Assembly (NCBI GenBank): GCA_013239625.1
Contig: MU053379.1
Span: 2,462,866 to 2,526,865 of the forward strand
Origin: Lama guanicoe
Taxonomy: Eukaryota
Length of the DNA: 64,000 nucleotides
Reading direction: 5' to 3'
The notes below the pieces were generated by a model. That model did not search any database. It had not been told where the DNA came from and saw only the letters and a list, made by a program, of their open reading frames with translations. The stretch's first letter is position 1. Each line of letters begins with the position of its first letter. A program made the position numbers and the translations under genes. Of this stretch, positions 27,000-38,400 are shown one piece after another.

Positions 27000-28640
27000 T
27001 ACCATATGACTCAAGGCAGTCTACAGATTCAACGTGGTCCCTATCAAATTACCCAGGACATTTTTCATAGAACTAGAACAAACAATCCTAAAATTTATAT
27101 GGAATCAAAAAAGACCCAGAATTGCCAAAGCAATATTGAAAAAAAGAACAAAGCAGGAGGAATAACCCTTCCAGACTTCAGATAGTACTACAGAGCTCCA
27201 GTCATCAAAACAGCGTGGTATTGGCACAAAAACAGACATGGGTCAATGGAACAGAATAGAGCCCAGAAATAAACCCACAGACCTATGGCCAATTAATCAA
27301 CAAAGGAGGCCTGAACATACAATGGAGAAAAGACAGTCTCTTCAGTGAGTGGTGCTGGGAAAACTGGACAGCTGCATATAAACCAATGAAGTGAGAACAC
27401 TCACTCCATACACAAAAGTAAACTCAAAATGGCTTAAAGACAAAAATAAGACATGATAAACCTCCTAGAAGAAAACAGGCAAAACATTCTGACACATCTC
27501 AGCAGTGTTCTCCTAGGGCGGTCTACCAAAGCAATAAAAATAGTAGCAAAACTAAACAAATGGGACCTGATCAAACATATAAGCAAAGGAAACCATAAGC
27601 AAAGCAAAATGACAATCTACGGAATGGGAGAAAATATTTCTGTGACAGACAAAGGCTTAATTTCCAGGATATATAAGCAGCTCATACAACTTAGTAACAA
27701 AAAACCACCAACCAATCCCAAAATGGGCAGAAGACCTAAACAAGCAATTCTCCAATGAAGACATAGATGGCCAACAGGCACATGAAAAAATGCTCAACAT
27801 TGCTAATTACCAAAGAAATGCAAATCAAAACTACAATGAGGTGTCAACTCACACCAGTCAGAATGGCCGTCATTAAAAAATCACAAACGACAAATGCTGC
27901 AGAGGGTGTGGAGAAAAGGGAGCCCTCCTGCACTGCTGGGGGAACGTAGTTTGGTGCAGCCACTGTCAAAAACAGTATGGAGAGTCCTCAAAAAACTAAA
28001 AACAGACCTACCAGATGACCCAGCAACCCCACTCCTGGGCGTATATCCAGCAGAAACTCTAATTTAAAAAGATACATGCACCCCAGTGTGAGCAGAGGAC
28101 CAAGACATGGAAGCAGCCTAAGTGTCCACGGACAGATGACTGGATAAAGCAGTTGTGGTACATATCTACATGCAATGGAATACTACTCAGCCATAAATAA
28201 GAATAATGCATACTGCAGCAACATGGATGGACCTAGAGAGCGTTAGACATTCTAAGTGAAGTAAGCCAGAAAAAGAAAGAAAAATACCATACGGTATCAC
28301 TTGTATGCGGAATCTAGAAAAAAGAGAAAGACACTATGAACTCATCTACAAAACAGACAGACTCAGACATAGTAAGCAGTCTTACGGTTATCAGGTAAAG
28401 CGGGTGGGAAGGGATAAATTTGGGAGTCTGAGATTTGGCAAATGTTAACTACTATATATAAAAATAGATTTTAAAAAAGTTTGTTCTGTACAGCACCGGG
28501 AACTATGTTTAGTATCTTGTAATAACCTTCAATGAAAAAGAATATGAAAACAAATATATGTATGTACATGCATGACTGGGACAGTGTGCTGTAACCAGAA
28601 ATTGACACACTATGACTGTACTTCAATTACAGAAAAAAAA
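27000..28640 (+). mobile_element. LINE-1, 5'-truncated (~1.6 kb), antisense to CRNKL1 and probably inside its 3'UTR
   Basis: ORF2 tracts ('tctacagattcaac...ccctatcaaattacc', MANRHMKKCSTLLITKEMQIKTTMR), 3'UTR and A-rich tail. Confidence 0.92.
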
Positions 28641-29270
28641 CCCTGAAAGTAATATAGATAGAGTCCATGAGGAATGAACGTCTATTTAAAAAAGTGGCTG
28701 GGAATGAACACTTTACTGGGCACTTACTCTGTCCCAGGTATATTCTTTTCTACTATAATCTTCAAAATGCTGTCATTTTATGAGAAGAAACTAAAAATAG
28801 AGGTTCATATCACTAGGTGGCAGAGCTGGGAATGGCACACACGCATGTCAGCGTGACTCTTAAGATGTGAGTAAGTTACAGGTTTCAGATGAATGCAGAA
28901 AAATATGAAGAAGACAAGTACGAGAAAACTTTACCTTAGAAGTTACTGTGGAATGTAACTTAAAAACCTCTAGAAAAGGACTTTTTGAAGTCTGTGGTTC
29001 CATCTAAAATAGATGCTAAGCATTACCTTAATCAGATTTCCTTATGCACAATGGGGACACAAAACAGTTAGACTCAGATAAAGAAATCTAGCAGTTAAAA
29101 AAATTCCTTTACTTGCAAACCCCACCCCTAACTAACCCCAGAGCATTTTAAAAATAATTCAAAAAATAGTTGTCAGAGATTATCAATTCATTATCAGTGA
29201 AATATCCAAAAACTTAACACGAATCACAAGAGTTTCAAAATGTAAATTTATAAAAATAATAAAAAGTCTG

Positions 29271-29456
29271 TCAACAGGGACCAGAAGGCCCGGGTTCACT
29301 GTCTGCAGGGTCCTTGTCCGGGTCCTGCTCCCCAGCCTCCTTCTCCTGCTGCTGTTTCTTCCAGAGCTTGGCCATGGCCAGGAGCCGGAGGTTGGGCTGG
29401 TTGGCAGCATCCTCCGGAAAGATGTAATCATAGTATTCTTCCCAGCCTGCGTCAGA
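29271..29456 (-). CDS. CRNKL1: CRNKL1 exon 14 (coding part)
   Basis: [40 protein letters not shown]...GPSGPC*. Confidence 0.94.
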   Translation of the reverse strand, partial: SDAGWEEYYDYIFPEDAANQPNLRLLAMAKLWKKQQQEKEAGEQDPDKDPADSEPGPSGPC

Positions 29457-32400
29457 CTAGAGAAGCAAGACAGTTAAAAGATGAGCTACCATGTGGCTGA
29501 AATGCATTTGACTAGAGTTTTCACTGGGAAACCCAGGGTTCAAATTCAACTTCTCTTCATTTTGCAAAGTAACATCAAAGTCTACGACAGAAAGAATGAG
29601 GGCTGGGCCCGGAAGATCGGGAGTCAGTAACTGCTGTCAAATGGTGCTTCTGAGAGCTAAAAACCCAGTGGAAAAAATTCTAAAAATTCAAGCACAGTTC
29701 TCCATGGTCAACCAAGGAGGCAGTGGGCGTCTTCAACCCCATCTTGCAGTCTTCCATGTCAGATTTTAAATTTCTCAAGATTTACTGAATCTTTACCCAG
29801 TGGTGAAGGCCGTACACCTGAGGTTAGTCTGGCTCCCCGCCCTCACATCCCACCTCCAACAGGGCGCTGAGCTTGCTTCCCAAAGATCGCTCTGGTGCCG
29901 GCTCCCACCACCACTTGCTTTGTTTCCAACAGCCTCCCGACAGATGGTCCTCCAACCAAGCCCCTCAAATCGCCTGCAGGAGACGCCTTGCACTGCCTGC
30001 AAAGCCTTCTCTGGATTGGCTCCGACCTAATGGCTGAGTTTTCAGTTCCCTCCACCCTAACTTCCTGCTTGATGCTCCAGAAACACCAGACTTCAGAGTT
30101 CCAGCAGAAGCCTTTGCCAACCTCCCCCTTCCTCGCCCCCTGGGGGGAGCACACACCCAGCTGTGTCTCCCCCCGACCCCCCGGGGCCTCAGACTGCACG
30201 TGGGGACCAGCTCCGGGGGCTCGTCCTTACCCCGTCATCAGCCTGCACCTTTCTTCTCTTCTTGACTTTCTCTGGCATGAGCTTGTCGACTCTCTCCTTA
30301 TCTGACACTGTTCCAAATTCATCTTCAAAGCTTCGCCAAGATTCCAGCAGCATAAGTCTCTCTTCCTTTTCCTCACAGTTTCGCATGGTTTTGTTCGCCT
30401 CTTCGTAGATTTGTCTGCATTTAGCCACGCTTCCTTCTTTCCCTGAAGACAACTCAAACTGTGCAAAACTGATCCATACCTTTAAAAAAAAAGTACAGAA
30501 CCAAATTAACCATGTCACCCAGAAAACGATATGATAATAAAGCTAACTTCCTGTTAATGACACCTGGACACGCTAACGTGTTCATCACTAGTATACCAGA
30601 CAACATAACACACCGACTACATGCTGCAGCTGAAGCAGCCTGCTGCTTTCTATAGCCAATAAACTGGCTGATGTAGTTTTCAAATCCTGAAAGTTTAACT
30701 TTTTATTCAACTCTGTAATACCAAAGTTATTCACATGCAGTGTATTGACCAGGTATAAGCTTAACATTCCAAAGTCCTCTGAGGCTCACAAGCTCTCTGT
30801 AAAAGGAAAGAAGCCATTGAAAATAAATATATGTTACAAAAATTTTTTAAATACAGAAATACACTAGTTCTTCAGGACCGCTGACACGAGGGAAATCAGC
30901 CCCCCCGCGAAGCAGAGGGTACCTTGACGTGCTGCGTGCGCTGAAGCAGTCGTCGATAAAGATTCCGGGTTCTCTCAGTTTCTTCCTGCTCGATTTCAAA
31001 ATCAATGTATGATTTCCAAAGCACCTAAGAAAGAAAACGTCCCATGTCGGCCTCGACATTTAAGAAGCAACGTGACCCTCTCCAAAACACAGCCTAATAG
31101 CACTCCGACTAGGACATCAGGAACCCAGAACTTTCACGAGTTAAGTAAAGAACAGACAGTGTGTGGATACAGCAAATGACACCGCTGTTTACAAGCTGGA
31201 CAAAACTGGCCAGGATTCTAGATTATGAGAAAAAAGACCTTGGATTAATTTTTGGATTCTCTTTTGGAGTTTCTCAAATGTTGGGCTATCAAGAAGAGCA
31301 GAGAAACCTACCAGATCTCCCGGGCACTGTCATGACCCTGCACATACAATGAACTTGTGGGGAGGAAACAGCCCTACATCAGCCAGCACGCACTAGACAC
31401 ACCAGCTTTACCTCCACTGTGACTTCCGTGATGTGTCTGAGCTCAGCTCAACTAGCAGCCACTGAACAGCTGCCCTCTTGCTCAGTACAGCCTGTCAGGG
31501 TACAGGGACGAGTAAGCCGTGGCCTGAATGTCAGGGAGCTGCAGTCTGGGGGGGCCTGCAGTCTGGGGGGACCTGCAGTCTGGAGGGACCTGTAGCCTGG
31601 GGGGAGCTGCAGCCTGGGAGGGGAGCTGCAGCATAGGGGAGGAGCTGCAGCCGGGGGACGGGAGCTGCAGTTGCAGGGTGGGGGCTGCAGTCTGGGAGGA
31701 GCCACAGTCTGTGGGAGCTGCAGTCTGGGATGGGAAGCTGCAGCCTAGGGGGGAACTGCAGCCTAGGCGGAGAGCTGCAGTCTGCGGGGGGAGAGCTGCA
31801 GTCTAGGGGGGGAGCTGCAGTCTGGGGAGCAGCTGAGGCCAGCTGGTGGGGCCGGTGACACGTAAAGCCCTGGCCCACCGCAGTCAGTGGGCCTGGTGAA
31901 CCATCCGGTGCAGGGGCGCGTTAGTGCAAGACCAACAAAACGGCTGAGTGAGCTCACTGGTTCCTGAGGGATTCAAATCGGTCCTAGCTGCCGTCTGGCG
32001 CCACCTTGTGGCTTCAGCTTGGACCCTGCAGGGATGATCTGGGGCCCTGGGGCCACCCAGGACTCCCCACAGTGACAGCAGCACCTCCAGGAACACCCCG
32101 GTTCAGTTAGGGCCTAACCCAGGCAGAGCCGCGCCCGGAGAACCCGGGGACGCGCAGACTCCTCCTGGGTCTCGCCTGCTCTCCAGGCGGCCTCGGCTGG
32201 GCTGCCCCGGCCCACACCCTCAGCCTTCTGTGTGAGAAAGGGAGGAGCCCGCCACCCACCCGTAACACCCACGTCATCCTGGCCTCACAGTGCGGCTCTG
32301 CTGTGCTCTGGGACCCGACTGAGGGCTGCTTCCCCCACCTCCTGTCTTAGATGGTCACGTGCGGCTAGAAGCCACATGAGCTCGAGAGCCCCACCTCTGG

Positions 32401-35400
32401 CATGTCCAGGCGCGGCTGACTGATGGCTAACTCGTAGATCGCCCGTGCTCTCTCGATGTCGCCAAGGATTGTCTCTAATTCTGCAAATTTAATCCAAGAG
32501 GTACAATTTTCAGGTCCAAACTCCAGGAACTTCTCATAAAGCTTCCGGCATCTGTCAAACTCTCGAAGCTGTAGCTCCAGTTCAATGTAGCCTTTAAACA
32601 GCTTGTTCTTCGGACACTTGCCTATGGAAGTTCCCTGGAAAAGAGGACCAACCGCTGTGATGCCTGCGTGGGTCTGACCTGCACACAGACACCGCCCGCC
32701 TGCCCTAGAAGCAGCTCTCCGCGAGCAGGAGCCTCGGAGCATCACCACGGCGAGCCCCCTACCCGTGTGGCATCGGACTGCTCATGCCTGCTCCTGACAG
32801 AGCCCGAAGGAAACCTTCCAATTCACTCGGGGGTCAAGAGGCTCTGTGCCCACGGGTGCCTGTTCAGAAAAGACAGTGTTGCAGAACTGTCTGGAAAGCT
32901 AGTTTGAATTTCACTTAGTTTCCCAAGATCTCATAGGGAACGTGGATGAGGGATGGACAACACCTCCCACAACTGAAGGCTCATCAAGGAACGAACCCTG
33001 CCTCACAGCCCACGGCCTGGTGCGTTATCGGAAGGATAACTGCTTTTGCGCCTACCGGGAAGTTGTAGAGCACGTGTTAAGAGGGAGGTGCATTCAGTGC
33101 ACCCGAAGTCCTGTAGAGGCTCAGACTACCGCAGATCTGATCTGAGCTCTAGCCTAAGATCCCATCTCTGCAGCCAGAGGAGGACCTGGCAGCTGGAAGG
33201 TTCCGGTGCTGACAAAGGACCATCTCAGCATCACTCCTCAGTCTTTCTTCAAAGGCCACGTGTTTTCTGACGCGTCTCAGGTGACAAGGGCACAGTATTT
33301 CTGTTGCCTTCTTAGTACTAACTTGTAAGCACTAAGGTTTCAACTTCCTTCTCAAAGAACTCTACAGTGCAGCTTGATCCTTTCTTTACTTACCAAAGCT
33401 CTCCTGGCAAATGGTAAATTTTTCTGTCTTATTTCAAACTGTGCATATAGTAACCACATTTTGGCAAATGTGAACTAGAAAATAGAAGCACAAAAATTCA
33501 ATTAAGTTAAATTTAAATTAACAAAGGCCACAAATTTCCCTGAAACTTCAGAGCTAAGACAGATGTATTTTCTTGCTTATAAGCTAAGATGACAATATTT
33601 GACAGAAATATGAACAGTAATCACAGAATATCCCCCTCTATCCTAGAAGGTAACTCGATCAATACCTGTTTCTTGTGCTGGGAAATCTGGCAGAGATCGT
33701 CAGCCATTTCTAGAACACACGTGTGTTCCCCACGTCTGCACATGTGCACTGGGGCGCCACCAGACACCTGCGGGCTGTTCCTGTGCCCCATCCTTCCGCT
33801 CAGTCTACCCCAGTGACCACCCTCCTCTGAAATTCTACATGATCATCTGTGTGGGTCATCTGTCACTTAACACAGGCGGTCCCCTCAACTGGATGGTAAG
33901 CTGTTTTCAGAGGCGAACAGCGTATCTTGCTTATGTTTTTCGTGGAGGCGAGCACAGGGAAGTCGTCAATACTGTTTCACTGAACCTGGTCACAAGCAAC
34001 AGACACAGGATTTCGATGCATCTGGAACAGAACGCTTGGACCAAACGTACCTTTTTATGAGGAATTAGTTCCAAAGAGGCTTGGTAAACCTGTCTTGTCC
34101 TCTCGGGATCCTGCATCAGGGTAAGAAAATTTCACAAAACATTCAGGTCTGTTACTAATGCTGATTTTACCATTAGTAAAAATGCTGATTTTACCATTAG
34201 TAAAAACGTGTATCCCCAACACTGAGTATGTTTCCTTCAGTTTTTATTTTCAAACCCTGATTCTATTTATGATCAAAAGTGAACTACCTTTGGCCATCAA
34301 ACTGTGATCAAAGACTCACCAACAATATAGGCGTCAAGATACCGAGAGTTTCTCTGTGGAAAGGCCTTTGCCTGAGAGCAGAAACAAAGACGTTCCACAG
34401 TCTCATGTACGAGCCAAAGGTTATCTTTTATTAACTTACACACATCCAGTTCCTGACAATTCCACTTGATCCTTACCAAATGCAAGGATGTGCAATCCAG
34501 CTAAGATCCCTATTTCTGAGAAAACCCAGGAAACTATAGATAATTAAACTAAGGGCTGGTTCACTGTTCCCATGCAAGTTCCAAGTAATAATCTGGTTGT
34601 GCCTCCAGGCTTAAAAGTCTCCACCAAAACTAAGAGCAGCCGAGAGGCGCCCACCACAGGCGTACAGAGGAGGAGACACTCAGAGGGAACGTGCAGCTAA
34701 GGGTGGAGCGCGGGCCCCTCCCTCCTTGGCCTCCAGCTCCTCGTACAGCGCGTAGTTGACCCACAGGTAGATGTAGCGCCGCCAGTGCCTCTTCTCGGGC
34801 ACGGGCGGCACGTGTGCGACGGCGCGCTCGTACACCTCCCGCACCGCCTCCGCCTCCGCGTCGCTCTCCACCAGGCGCAGGTAGTCGAACCACGCGTCGT
34901 AGTTGTGCGGGTTGGCCTAGGGAGACAGGTCCAAGGGGTGGAAGCCGGCCGAGGGCTGCGCCGGCGGGGCCCGGGGAGCCGGAGCCGGCACCAGACCGAC
35001 CTTCTGTACTTCAGCTGCTTTTTTCTAGATTTCGTGTGCTGTTTCGTTTAAAAAAATGCCATTCTTGAGATGTTATAAATAGAAATGGACAAGGAATATG
35101 GAACAGATGTCCCTCAGCGAAGCGCCTTTCACCTACACCAGCCTACTTCTCTGGACTATGCTAATTTTTAATTTTTGTAAAAGGTATAAATGGAAAAATG
35201 ACTTAGAGGCAAATATCTCAAAATCGGTTAATAACTGTTTTTTTTCCCCTAAACGAAGGAGCACCTGGTCATCAGCGAAGACCACTGTTCTGGGCAGCGC
35301 CCTGCGACGCCTCCCCTACAGAGGGGAAGGGGCCGGCCCCCGCCTTCCCGCCCCCCCGCAGCCACCGCACTGGGCCAATTAAGGAGCCCTGCTCGAGGGT

Positions 35401-38400
35401 CTGCCTCATCTGAGCGGGTGACCAGAAGTGAAGCACATTTAGAGCTGGTCCGTGAAGTGGTGTCCATGGGTGGGACAGTCACTCCTGGCCGGACTGAAAT
35501 GGGACTGTCCCACCTCCTGCTTCAGGACCCTCTGCAACTGCCTTGATTCCTGCCTGTCGTCCAAGCCCGGTCCTCCAGCCTCCTGGTGACTCTGTAAACT
35601 TCCCAGTATCTACGGCTATAAAAACAGACTTCTGTTTCTGTAAGGGTATTTGTTTACATATGTGAGTACGTACATAGCATTATATCTAGATTTAAAATTA
35701 CAATGGAATTATACCAAGCGCACAGTCGCAAAACCAACCTCTTCAATAGTGACACATCTTGAACGTACCCCCACTGACCTCATTTAACACCAGACTTGGT
35801 CCTTTGGAGATTTCTGAATTAACTGGACCAAGCAGAAGTATTTTTAAATACACAGCAGAAGAGTAAAGAAAAACATTACTACCTTTGAACTCCAATCAAA
35901 ACAGTACCTTACAGACAGAGTAGAGAATGGAACCGTAACTACAATGTGTCTTTTGTTCAAGCAGTTAAGCTAAAGGGTAATGAACAAAAATGGGGTTTTT
36001 GGATCAATCTCTGACTCTTCCACCTTCTTTCAAAAAAAATGAGCTCAAATGGATTCCAGGTTTCTTTTGCTCAATTTCTACAGGACACAACCAGCAACCC
36101 ATAAAATGACTTCCAGCATGTGAGGGGCAAACTCCTGTGCGGCCTGCCTGCCTTTTCTACCAGCCCTGCTCATTCCCACCGGCCTGCAGTTGCCACCTGT
36201 TTACTGCAGACACGGGATGGAGGGAGTGATCACTGGGAGCCCCGACTCGCGGCACCGCAGCCAGCGCAGGCAGGCAGGTTCGCTCACTGCAGCGTGGCGC
36301 GGACCCTGCACTCACCTTCACTTCTTCCTCATACTGGAATCTCCGTTTGCTCACAATGATGTCTTCGATGCCCCGCCTGTCACCAAACTTCTTCTCAAAG
36401 ATGGTGTAGTTTTTAAAGAGCTCTTGGGCCTCCTGCTTTGAAATCCTGTCCAGGGCGTACTTGTAGATCACTCGCACCCTCTCAAACTGAAAGCAGACAG
36501 GACGATGAGCTTCCAGGACACAGAATTGTCATTCAAGTCATAGCGTGGGAAGTAATCACGACATCAGATGTTACTTCTAAGTCGGAATGTGAGGCCTCAA
36601 AACACGACTTTTCTTCTCCCTTCTGCTGAGCCGCTCAGGCAGGAGGGGCTGCCGCACTCCCCGAGCCTCGCGTGGAGAAGCCTTCCCCGCCCAGCCCACA
36701 GACGCCATCCACGCATGCACACCTCAGACGCCCCAGCTTGGTGAACCACCCCTGCCACGGGGCACTGGCTCAACCCGAGTCCTCCCAGAGCCCTCAGTCC
36801 CACACTCCTTGCCCCCACAGCCCGGCCACCTCTACCTTCAGCACAGCCCTGCGCCTGCCCCTCCCTGGGCCCCAGCCGCTCCATCTCCACTTCTCCCCGA
36901 ACCGGTCCAAGTGTCCCACTTCCGCTCCAGCCCCCTCCCCCTAGGACAACCTCCATCCATCAGCCAGAGGCCCTCCTTACAGCAGGACTGTGTCCCAGCT
37001 GCTCCTGCTTAATTAAAACCCTCAGTACCTCCACGGGCCTCAGGGCAGAATCGGGGCTCCCTACTGCGACCCGTGCCAGGCCCTGCACTCAGACCTCAGC
37101 TGACCCCTCCCGATCCTGTGTTATTTGAGCTACTTTGCAGGGTCACTTTCTGTATACGCTACCGGAGAAGAGAACTGACTGACTTGTGGAGAAATTCTCT
37201 CTGCACTGAGGCCTCTGGGCTTCTGGTCTCCCAGGTTCACTAGCCGTGAAGCCCTTTGATCAGGACCCCACACGACTCACACAGCTTGTAGATAACATTC
37301 TCATTCTCGGCTGAAAGACTTATTTTTCAAGCAAAGCACGACGAAGTCATGACACTTACGATACTGTCTCTAATCACTCGCTCCCCACCTGCAGCTGAGC
37401 CACAACGTATGCTGTCTTCCCTGAGAAACCAGGGTCTTGTATCCTGAAACATTTCTCCAAGGGTAAGTGAGCAAGAACATGGGAATGAACGCAATGTGCA
37501 CAAGCAGCACCTCCTCTAAGCTGTTTTGCAACGTAACCGAGTCCTTTCACGTCTGCTTACTTCTTTCTGATTTTCCTCAAATTTGGCAAAGGCGACGTAC
37601 AGGTGCTCGTCCATGTGCTCGTCCCCGAAGAACTCCACGGCCCTCTCGTACACCTTCCGCGCGTGGGCGAAGTAGCCGTGCTTCTCCTCAAAGCGGGCGT
37701 ACTTGGTCCAGTTCTTCACGTCGGGGTGCACGAGAACAAGTGGGGAGGGGGTTAAAGAAACACCGGGCAGGATGACGTGGCTTCAAAACAAAAACAAACC
37801 CAAAGCCAAAGCCCCAACGACACACAGCATGGCTAGCGGGTGGTAAGACACATCGAGGCGGAGACCACCCGACCTGGGGCCACCGAGGTCTGGCCTCCTC
37901 CAGGGCTCGCTCAGTGGTCCACGCAGGGGTTTGCAGCCGTGAAAAAGCTGAGCCTTGTTACTAGCCATGTGACGTGGACAAGTCATTTCTCTTCTCTTAG
38001 CCTCAGTTTTATCATCTAGAAATAGAGAAAAATAATACCAACCAACCCCATCCGATGATCGCCAGCATCAAATGAGAAAAATGTGTGTGAAACTCTTGGC
38101 CATTTCTAGCCAAAAGGACGTGCTCAATGTAGGGCACCTATTACAGCGTTCGCTCAAGAACATTAAAATTTCAAGTAATGACTAAGAAAAACACACGTCA
38201 CAAAAGGAGAACTGCTAACCAGAACCAAGAGAGAAAGCTGTGACTCACCACCTCACTTAACAGGATGTGTCTACTCTGAATCTCCCTGCTTTGAGGAAGT
38301 CACTGATTCCCAAGTAGCAGCACAGCCAGCAGGGCTGAGGGCTCGAACCCCGCCTCCATCATCCCCCGCCCCGAGACCCCATCCGCTGCGTCGGCGGCGC

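Noticed and set aside
31448..31957. Repetitive PRLQ/AAV ORFs; possible CRISPR-like array
   Set aside because: Translations of the minisatellite. There are no unique spacers and the context is eukaryotic.
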